From contig JBDTRM010000266.1 in assembly GCA_039931675.1 (NCBI GenBank), positions 47 through 64,046 of the forward strand: 64,000 bases of DNA, given 5' to 3'. Both the position numbers and the translations under genes were made by a program. Below, in pieces: positions 26,616-34,351 of this stretch. The notes under the pieces are model-generated. The model searched no databases and was not told where the DNA came from. It saw nothing but the letters and a program-made list of their open reading frames with translations. Source of the stretch: Bacteroidia bacterium (GTDB lineage: Bacteria > Bacteroidota > Bacteroidia > AKYH767-A > OLB10). Within the stretch, counting starts at the first letter, position 1; the number at the start of each line of letters is the position of its first letter.

Positions 26616-29600
26616 TTGATGGCGGGTTTTACTATTGCAATACAGCATCCCCGTGTTCAAACAAAATTGGTTGACCTTGTTACCAACATACTTGAGGACA
26701 AGCTAAAAACAAGGGTGAGGATTGAAAGTGTAAGTATTAAATTTTTTAAAAGTATTGAGCTTAACGGAATATATATTGAGGACCAGCGTAAGGACACTTT
26801 GTTATTTGCAAAAAAACTTACTGCCGGCATTTCTCTTTTCGAATTGCGAAACAGAAATGTAACCATTGATGATATTACATTAACAGATGCAAGAATTAAA
26901 CTCAAGAGATTTAAAGATGTAAAAGGATTGAATTTTGATTTTATTGTAGATGCGTTTACGGATAACGATACTACTCCATCCACTTCAAAACCCTGGAATG
27001 TAAAACTCAAGCGTGTTAAGCTTATTGAAAATACTTTTAGCTACCAGGATCAGCGTTATAATGATTATACACCTTGTGTTGATTTTGAAGATGTGCATCT
27101 TGCTCATCTGAATATTGATGCTGATGATTTTAAAGTTTATGATGATTCCCTTTTTGCAAGCATCAATAATATTTCAGGTTTTGAAAAAAGTGGTTTCAGG
27201 TTAAATCATTTTGCTGCAAAAACAATGATTGCAGACAAGTACATGCGTTTCAATAATCTTAATATTCAAACTCCTCATAGCAATCTGAAGCTTGATTATG
27301 AAATGGATTTCGATTCGTACGATGATTTTGATGATTATATCAACAAAGTGAGAATGGTGGCCGATGTGGATGAAAGCAAATTATCATCAGATGACCTGCA
27401 ATATTTTGCGAGCGAGCTTTTCGGACTTAATAAAACCATTGATCTTTCAGGCAAAGCCAAGGGAACTGTAAGTCTGCTCAAAGCCAAAAAGTTAGATATT
27501 AAATACGGAAGCGTAAGTCATTTCAGGGGTAATGTAACTATGAACGGTTTGCCCGATTTTGATAAAACCTACTTTGATATCATTATTGATGACCTCACTA
27601 CAAACAGGGAGGATATTGAATCAGTGCCTGAATTTCCATTTACAGAAAACAGGAAAATTTCATTGCCTGATAATTTGGGGCTGCTTAAAACATGCAGGTT
27701 TAAAGGCAAGTTCACAGGATTTGATAATGACTTTGTAGCTTATGGAAATGCCAATACAGGTTTAGGTTTTGTATCGTCAGACATAAACCTTAAAATGGGC
27801 GGGAGCATTGAAGAATATTCTGGTCATATTTCGGCCAAAGATTTCAATATCGGTGCGCTTACAGGCACTTCTGATTATATGGGCAACATTACTATGAGTG
27901 CTTTGGTAAAAGGCCAGGGTTTTAAATTTGAAAACTTAATAAGCAAGGTGGAAGGAAATGTGGCAAGTATTACAGCAAATAATTATACCTATAAAAACAT
28001 AACAGTGAATGGCGAAATATCTAAAAAGCTATTTATGGGCTCATTGGCTGTTGACGAAAATAATATCAAATTGAAGTTTGATGGCAGCGTTGATTTAAGA
28101 AAACCCGAGCCGCAGTTTATTTGCACAGCATCAATCCGCGATTTACACCTGACAAATCTGAATCTTATAAAGCGCGATAGCAGCAGTAATATTTCTGCTT
28201 CGGTGAGAATGAACCTTAGTGGAAATGATATTGATAATCTTACCGGATCAATGGAAGTGTCAAATTTTGAATATGATGAATCAGGTCAGTCATTTACCAT
28301 TAACAACATTGAATTTAATTCCTATTTACAGGATAAATTGAAGCACCTTGATCTTATTTCTGATTATGCCGATATTAACATTAACGGTATAGGTCGTATT
28401 TCAACTATCGTAAAATCAATTCAGCAAATCATTGCCACTTATTTTCCTGTTGCAGCATCGGATATGATAACAGTGAGAGAAGAGGAACGGGGCAATTTTA
28501 AAATCAAGATAAAAGATATCAATCCACTGCTTGCTGTTTTTTATCCCGACCTGACCCTCGCTCCTAATTCAATTGTTGAAGGCGACATTAACACCTTCAC
28601 TAACCAGGTAACTATACATGCACAATCACCCGACATGATATTGCACGGTATAGAGTTTCGTGAATTAACTATCAGCGGTCAATCTGAGCAAAAAGAATTT
28701 ACTGCAAAGCTCAAAGCAGGTGAGTTTCTGCTTAACGATAGTCTCACCGTAAATAATTTTGAATTTATTGCCATTTCATCACGCGACTCTGCTTCATTCG
28801 GACTTTCAGCACAGGATAATGATACTTCAGTGGTATATCTCAGGTTAGCAGCGCAGGCATACTTTTATAAGGACAGTTCTACTTTGCAACTGGTTCCGCA
28901 ATCAGTTGTGATCATTGACAAAAATCAGTGGTACTTTAATAATAATAACCGCATACAACTTTATAATGGAGTAGCTTTTAATGATTTCAGAATTTTTAAA
29001 AACGATAATGAATCATTGCTCATCAGCGGAAAAACCGGTGAAAGCAACGAGGATGAACTGAAAGTCACTTTTCAGAATTTTGATCTTTCACCTCTGAATA
29101 ACATTTTCAGGAATTATGATTTTGAAGCGGGCGGTATAGCGAATGGCACTATCGGCTACAGGGTTGAAAATAAAAGCCCCTTACTTAATGCCGATCTTAA
29201 TATAACACGCTTTAGTTTTTATAATGACACGCTTGGCGATGCTACAATTAAATCAGGTTTTGATCCTGACAAAAAACGGATTATTGTAGATGCAAAAATA
29301 GCCGGGGGCGTAGCACGCGATGTAAACATAGATGGATATTACCAGATCGGGAAAGGTAAATTGCCCGATGAGTTGCATTTTGACGGACATTTTACCCGCA
29401 CATCCTTATCCACATTTGAACATTATTTTAAAGGTCTTGCTTCTGACATGCATGGCATGATAAGCGGTGATGTATCGCTGCGCGGATCGCCAGAAGAGCC
29501 GGTGCTTACAGGCACTGCATCATTACAAAAAGCCAACTTTACAATTGATTATCTTAATACGCATTATAGTTTAACTGATGTAATTACCTTTAATGAAAAA

Positions 29601-30992
29601 AGTATTTCATTTAATAATATCACTATAACTGATGAGCATGGAAATACTGCTAAACTGAACGGCCGGATCTTGCATAATCACCTAAAAGATTTCGGACTGG
29701 ATATTCACATTACCCCGAAAAAATTCATGGTGTTGAACACCACTGAATCACAGAATGATTTGTTTTACGGAAAAGCTTATGCAACAGGCGAAGTTGATAT
29801 CGGTGGCACATTTGAAAATGTGGATATGGACATTTCGTTAACTTCAAATAAAGGAACAAAAATTAATCTGCCTCTTTCGTCACCCGAAGAAGTTGGCGAA
29901 AGCAATTATATCACTTTTGTAAAACATGATTCAGTGGTGCAGGTTGTTGTTCCCAGGAAACCTGAGCTGACAGGAATAGAAATGAATATCAATTTAACGG
30001 TGACAAAAGACGCTGAAATCAATCTTATTTTTGATTCGAAGATTGGTGACATAATTACAGGAACAGGTGATGGTGATTTAAATATGGCAGTGCATAATGA
30101 TGGTGCATTTACCCTGCAGGGAGGTTACACCATTGACCAGGGCAGCTATTATTTTACCATGAAAAATTTAATCGGTAAATATTTTATTATTGAAAAAGGC
30201 GGCACCATACGCTGGAATGGCGATCCTTACGAAGGCATAATTGATATTCGCGCTATCTATACAAAGAATGCCGGTTTATATGATTTATTACAGGATACTT
30301 CGGCACAATACAAAAAGAAAGTGCCGGTAGAAGTTATATTAAGTCTTAAAAACAAGTTGTTTAATCCTGATATAAAGTTTGACATCAATGTGCCTAATGT
30401 GGATGCAGCCACAGCCAGTTTAATTAACCGATACCTGAATACAGAAGAAGAAAGAAACAAGCAGGCAATGAGTTTGATAGTGCTCAATACATTTTCGGCA
30501 CCATCATCGGTTGAAGGTAATTCCTCTGGCAATACCAACGCCAAAGCTACAGCAAGCTTATCTGAATTTGTAACGCATCAATTGAGCAACTGGGCATCGC
30601 AGATAAGCAGCAGTTTTAACGTGGATATTAATTACACACCCGGTGATGTAGTTACAAGTAATCAATTTGATGTAGGTATATCAACCAAAATTTTAAACGA
30701 CCGCGTAAAACTATCAGGCATGGTGGGTTATGCCGATAATACGAGTACTAATACCAATGCCGCTAACGTAGTGGGTGATTTTTATGTTGAAGTGGATGTT
30801 AGCAAAGATGGCCGTTTTAAAGTAAAAGCATTTAACAAATCTAATAACAACACGCTACTTACAAACACTTATGACGCAGCTTATACACAGGGTGTTGGTT
30901 GGTTTTATCGCCAGGAATTTGATAAGTTTGGCGACCTCTTTAAACGCAAGCAAAAAACTGTAACCCCGGCAGATTCAACAGGAACGCAGTAG
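26616..30992 (+). CDS. tamB: Translocation/assembly module protein TamB (AsmA-like, C-terminal DUF490-type region)
   Basis: 1458 aa. N-terminal membrane anchor, a long beta-rich body, and divergent placement to tsaD as commonly seen in Bacteroidota. The annotated start is TTG 26616 or ATG 26619, but the hydrophobic anchor (ILSYTILTFLLL) continues upstream in frame with no ATG. Confidence 0.75.
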   Translation: MMAGFTIAIQHPRVQTKLVDLVTNILEDKLKTRVRIESVSIKFFKSIELNGIYIEDQRKDTLLFAKKLTAGISLFELRNRNVTIDDITLTDARIKLKRFKDVKGLNFDFIVDAFTDNDTTPSTSKPWNVKLKRVKLIENTFSYQDQRYNDYTPCVDFEDVHLAHLNIDADDFKVYDDSLFASINNISGFEKSGFRLNHFAAKTMIADKYMRFNNLNIQTPHSNLKLDYEMDFDSYDDFDDYINKVRMVADVDESKLSSDDLQYFASELFGLNKTIDLSGKAKGTVSLLKAKKLDIKYGSVSHFRGNVTMNGLPDFDKTYFDIIIDDLTTNREDIESVPEFPFTENRKISLPDNLGLLKTCRFKGKFTGFDNDFVAYGNANTGLGFVSSDINLKMGGSIEEYSGHISAKDFNIGALTGTSDYMGNITMSALVKGQGFKFENLISKVEGNVASITANNYTYKNITVNGEISKKLFMGSLAVDENNIKLKFDGSVDLRKPEPQFICTASIRDLHLTNLNLIKRDSSSNISASVRMNLSGNDIDNLTGSMEVSNFEYDESGQSFTINNIEFNSYLQDKLKHLDLISDYADININGIGRISTIVKSIQQIIATYFPVAASDMITVREEERGNFKIKIKDINPLLAVFYPDLTLAPNSIVEGDINTFTNQVTIHAQSPDMILHGIEFRELTISGQSEQKEFTAKLKAGEFLLNDSLTVNNFEFIAISSRDSASFGLSAQDNDTSVVYLRLAAQAYFYKDSSTLQLVPQSVVIIDKNQWYFNNNNRIQLYNGVAFNDFRIFKNDNESLLISGKTGESNEDELKVTFQNFDLSPLNNIFRNYDFEAGGIANGTIGYRVENKSPLLNADLNITRFSFYNDTLGDATIKSGFDPDKKRIIVDAKIAGGVARDVNIDGYYQIGKGKLPDELHFDGHFTRTSLSTFEHYFKGLASDMHGMISGDVSLRGSPEEPVLTGTASLQKANFTIDYLNTHYSLTDVITFNEKSISFNNITITDEHGNTAKLNGRILHNHLKDFGLDIHITPKKFMVLNTTESQNDLFYGKAYATGEVDIGGTFENVDMDISLTSNKGTKINLPLSSPEEVGESNYITFVKHDSVVQVVVPRKPELTGIEMNINLTVTKDAEINLIFDSKIGDIITGTGDGDLNMAVHNDGAFTLQGGYTIDQGSYYFTMKNLIGKYFIIEKGGTIRWNGDPYEGIIDIRAIYTKNAGLYDLLQDTSAQYKKKVPVEVILSLKNKLFNPDIKFDINVPNVDAATASLINRYLNTEEERNKQAMSLIVLNTFSAPSSVEGNSSGNTNAKATASLSEFVTHQLSNWASQISSSFNVDINYTPGDVVTSNQFDVGISTKILNDRVKLSGMVGYADNTSTNTNAANVVGDFYVEVDVSKDGRFKVKAFNKSNNNTLLTNTYDAAYTQGVGWFYRQEFDKFGDLFKRKQKTVTPADSTGTQ

Positions 30993-31103
30993 GTTTAAGG
31001 TTTCACGTTTCAAAAAAAATTCGCACGGACGAACGGAGAAGCACGGAGGGATTAAAATGCTTCATGTTTTTTAGTTTCGGGGCAATCATTCAATTACGCA
31101 TAT

Positions 31104-31127
31104 ACCCAATTACCCATTTACCCAATG
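31104..31127. repeat. Three tandem 8-bp units (ACCCAATT ACCCATTT ACCCAATG) running into the start codon of the DUF4834 gene
   Basis: Direct reading of the sequence. The ATG at 31125 is part of the third unit. Confidence 0.7.
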
Positions 31128-31358
31128 AAAACATTCCTCATCACCTTCCTTGTATTTGTTGTTTTATATAAAATGCTTAACGGCTTAATTTTTCGTTCAG
31201 TTAATGAAAAAGTAAATCAGCGCATGAAAGATCAAATGAGAAATCAACAACAACCTAAACAAGAAGGAGAAATCACCATTGAACAAACCAACACCTCAAA
31301 AAACAAAAACCGCAATAACGATGATGGTGAATATGTAGATTATGAGGAAGTGAAATAA
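31125..31358 (+). CDS. DUF4834-family small membrane protein
   Basis: 77 aa. N-terminal TM, a Q/N/K-rich linker, and a C-terminal GEYVDYEEV motif typical of this Bacteroidota family. Confidence 0.65.
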   Translation: MKTFLITFLVFVVLYKMLNGLIFRSVNEKVNQRMKDQMRNQQQPKQEGEITIEQTNTSKNKNRNNDDGEYVDYEEVK

Positions 31359-31408
31359 GTTCCGTCATTTCCTGCCAATCGTCACTGCGAGCAACGAAGC
31401 AGTCCGTC

Positions 31409-31520
31409 ATTCCCATATACCCGCATTTCCACATTTCCATATATCCATATTCCCATATATCCTTATTTCCATATTCCCATATATCCATATTCCATATATC
31501 CTTATTTCCATTTTTCCAAT
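31409..31520. repeat. Degenerate short-period (about 8 bp) array of CCATAT(T/A)T-type units
   Basis: ...TTCCCATATACCCGCATTTCCACATTTCCATATATCCATATTCCCATATATCCTTATTTCCATATTCCCATATATCCATATTCCATATATCCTTATTTCCATTTTTCC... The 90-aa reverse ORF at 31273-31545 (...DIWEYGNKDIWEYGYMEMW...) is simply its translation. Confidence 0.8.
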
Positions 31521-31649
31521 ACCTATCCAACTGACAGCATTTCATGTTTCACTTTTACCAACACCTATCCAACTGCCCTCCGTGCCTCCGATGCAGGCGT
31601 ATTAGGCGACCTTGGTGTATTAAATCTCAATGCGCCAACAACAGGCTAC

Positions 31650-32750
31650 ATGTATATATACGTAACCAACGAAAGTCTCACTGATGTCAGTTTCGATAAC
31701 CTGCAAATACAACAGCGCACAGGCGTGGTGCTGCAAATGAATGAGTATTATCCATTCGGGTTATTATGGGACGGAAACGGCAATGCAAACTATTCTTCAG
31801 GAAATAAATATCTTTACAATTCAAAGGAATTGCAAACTGATATGAACTTGAATTTCGAAGATTATGGGGCCAGAATGTTTGACCCACAAATTGGAAGATG
31901 GCATTGTACAGACGGCAAAGCTGAATTGTATCAAAATATAACACCCTTTGCATATGCAGCTAATCAACCAACTAATGCAATAGACCCCGATGGTAAAGTA
32001 GTAATCTTTATTAACGGAATGGCAGATGCTTCGAACCAAGGCAATAGTAGCTATTGGCGTCATTATGAAAAGTATACGTCATATGTTAGATATGCTTGTG
32101 GATATGGTGGAGCCGTTGATAATTATAAAGAGTATGCCTTTGATAAAGAAGTTATGAATCAATTGCGTGATAATAAGGCAAGATATTATGATGGTTGCGT
32201 TGGCGGGACTAGCAGTTGGCTAAGCGAACCCGATTTAATATTTTCAGGAGAACTCGGAAGTTTATCTTCTGCTTTTCGTGATAATGCAGGCTATGAAACA
32301 GGTAAAGCGGAAGCTGCAGGAATAATTGAAAGCTTACAAAGAACGGGTGGTGTAATTACGGAGACAATAAAAATTATCACTCATAGTATGGGGGGCGCAT
32401 TTGGCAAAGGTTTTGTAAAAGCATTAAAAGAATACATCAAAACACTACCCATAGGTCTGCAAAAACAAATCAAAATAACTCTTGTGGCCGATTTTGACCC
32501 TTATCAAGGAGGAGAATTAACAGCTGATCCAGATATTAAAACCATGCAGTTCAAACATACAAATTTTTTGAACTTTTTTTGTTTAGGATGGTTAGCAAAT
32601 GAGGATGAAAAAGGGTTAAATAAGGATAAAGATATTACTACCAATACAGGTACTAGTAGCGACCATGCAATCACTACATTTTCTATTGATGTGGGATCTT
32701 TGTCTGAAGGTACATATAAATGGAATGGTAGTAAGTGGGTGAAACAATAA
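31650..32750 (+). CDS. 5'-truncated Rhs/YD-repeat core fragment fused to an alpha/beta-hydrolase (GxSxG lipase/esterase-like) C-terminal toxin domain
   Basis: GYMYIYVTNESLTDVSFDNLQIQQ...YYPFGL...YGARMFDPQIGRWHCTD...PFAYAANQPTNAIDPDGK is the RHS-repeat-associated core signature. After DPDGK comes a roughly 250-aa domain with ITHSMGG (Ser246 codon at 32385-32387). Candidate Asp and His residues are at DFDPYQG and SSDHAI. Homologous sequence continues upstream in frame to about 31581 and then runs into the 8-bp repeat array, with no YD-repeat body or credible start. Confidence 0.7.
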   Translation: MYIYVTNESLTDVSFDNLQIQQRTGVVLQMNEYYPFGLLWDGNGNANYSSGNKYLYNSKELQTDMNLNFEDYGARMFDPQIGRWHCTDGKAELYQNITPFAYAANQPTNAIDPDGKVVIFINGMADASNQGNSSYWRHYEKYTSYVRYACGYGGAVDNYKEYAFDKEVMNQLRDNKARYYDGCVGGTSSWLSEPDLIFSGELGSLSSAFRDNAGYETGKAEAAGIIESLQRTGGVITETIKIITHSMGGAFGKGFVKALKEYIKTLPIGLQKQIKITLVADFDPYQGGELTADPDIKTMQFKHTNFLNFFCLGWLANEDEKGLNKDKDITTNTGTSSDHAITTFSIDVGSLSEGTYKWNGSKWVKQ

Positions 32751-32762
32751 TAATCTTTTATC

Positions 32763-33413
32763 ATGAATAAATTTTTAATTATGTTACAAATACTTTTGAT
32801 TGCACTTCTTAGTTTTTTCAGTTCATGTGGACAATTTAGAGAAAAGAAAATTACACCTAATGAGTTTTTAAATCATACAGTAATCAAAAAAGAAAGATAT
32901 TCTAAGGATAGCCTTGAGATTCTTATCCAGCTTAAGATTTTTTTATCTAAACATGAGGATTTTTTTTATAATAAAGCTTATTTTGATAAAACACTATTAA
33001 TAATTGACACTATTATCTATAGCCCTGACTTTAATAAATTAGCTGTATTTGTAATAACAAAGAATCCGATGTATAGACAGCCATATTCCGATGGGAAGAA
33101 TGAGTGGTATTATGATGCAACGTGTTATTTAGGTCTTAGACAAAGTGATACCATTAGTTTAAGTTGGTGGGGACCCAATTTTACTAACTCTACTGATGAA
33201 GAGGAGTTATCACTCATAATAAGAGATAGTTATTTTACTGAACAGGCAAGAGGTGACACAATTAAGGCCAATACTTATAAATACAATCTAAATGATGTAC
33301 GTTTTTGGGGGAGCTATGTCTGGAATGAAATTGAAGAAGAAGAAATAAAAAAGAAGGAGTTTGAACTTGAAAAAATAAATCATCCAGAAAATGTGTTTGA
33401 ACCAAAACATTGA
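32763..33413 (+). CDS. Putative cognate immunity lipoprotein of the Rhs-tip toxin
   Basis: 216 aa, starting 12 nt after the toxin stop. Signal peptide plus lipobox (LLSFFSSC). No recognisable enzymatic motif. The position is typical of polymorphic-toxin immunity genes. Confidence 0.5.
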   Translation: MNKFLIMLQILLIALLSFFSSCGQFREKKITPNEFLNHTVIKKERYSKDSLEILIQLKIFLSKHEDFFYNKAYFDKTLLIIDTIIYSPDFNKLAVFVITKNPMYRQPYSDGKNEWYYDATCYLGLRQSDTISLSWWGPNFTNSTDEEELSLIIRDSYFTEQARGDTIKANTYKYNLNDVRFWGSYVWNEIEEEEIKKKEFELEKINHPENVFEPKH

Positions 33414-33498
33414 TTATCAAACCCGCCCCGCTCTTGCCAAGTTTCTCTCTGTTGACGCTGCCGCAATGCGTCCACGCTTGCGCGCGCGCAATGCTCTG

Positions 33499-33684
33499 AA
33501 CCATTATTATTTTTACCAATCCCTTTTTGCCTGCATGATCTCTCGCACTAGCATATAAGTACTCCCATTCATTTTCAACAAAACCAGCTTCAACCGGATT
33601 ATAATGAGTATAGTTTATCTTTTGATCTATTACTTCATTGCTCCATAACTCTATTGGTTTATTGTGCTGTTGCCTCCCCACCAT
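33499..33684 (-). pseudogene. C-terminal fragment of an IS200-like / REP-associated (RAYT-like) Y1 transposase
   Basis: The reverse strand reads ...RQQHNKPIELWSNEVIDQKINYTHYNPVEAGFVENEWEYLYASARDHAGKKGLVKIIMV, the typical C-terminal third of this roughly 180-aa family. The rest of ORF 33262-33684 overlaps the immunity gene and is not homologous. Confidence 0.6.
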
Positions 33685-33857
33685 CGTTCGGGATGGTAAT
33701 GTGTGTTATTAGAGTTTTTCTTTCCTGCTTTTGCAAAAGCATTCAAAAGCCATTCGCCCCTCACTGTCGCCAGTCTTCCCAGGCCTTGTGCATCTGCCCG
33801 ACTGGTGACGCAACAACGCCCCGCCAGCAAATTAATTTGAAAATATATCTTTGTTCA

Positions 33858-34240
33858 ATGAGCAGCGCTTACAAATTTCATAATCCTAATGGAATATACT
33901 TCATTTCTTCCGCTGTGGTATTTTGGATAGATGTATTTACAAGAAGACTTTATAAGGAAATTTTTACAGAGAGTTTAGCTCATTGTATTCAATATAAGGG
34001 CTTAGTGGTTCATGGTTGGGTTTTGATGCCCAGTCACTTCCATTTAATAATTAGCCGAAGTAGCCAGCCAAAGCTCGAAGAAATAATAATGCGTGATTTC
34101 AAAAAATTCACTTCAACCCAAATTACCGAGGCAATAAAAAACAATGTATAGGAAAGCCGCAGGGAATGGATGATGAATGCATTCTGAAAAGCGGGTGCTG
34201 CAAATGCAAACAATAAAATAAATCATCCCGATAGCTATCG
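33858..34240 (+). pseudogene. N-terminal two-thirds of an IS200-like / RAYT-like Y1 transposase with in-frame stops
   Basis: MSSAYKFHNPNGIYFISSAVVFWIDVFTRRLYKEIF...GWVLMPSHFHLIIS carries the HUH motif (HFH). The frame continues ...IKNNV*ESRREWMMNAF*KAGAANANNK through TAG (34149) and TGA, then ends in a CGATAGCTATCG palindrome (34229-34240). Confidence 0.6.
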
Positions 34241-34351
34241 CATTAGCGTCAAGCTAAGCTGCAAGATTAAATTGAAATTGTTTTGCATTCACCCTGTCCT
34301 TGCGCTTGTCGTAGGTGCAGTGCATTTTTATTTGTTCGATAATTTCTTTGT

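Noticed and set aside
31273-31545. 90-aa minus-strand ORF (…DIWNMDIWEYGNKDIWEYGYMEMWKCGYMGM…)
   Set aside because: It is a translation of the 8-bp microsatellite. The periodic peptide is an artefact.
33654-33857. N-terminal 68 codons of track ORF 33654-34151
   Set aside because: Family homology starts only at Met 33858 (MSSAYKFHNP...). The upstream part is Cys/Pro-rich read-through of intergenic DNA and overlaps the inverted C-terminal fragment.
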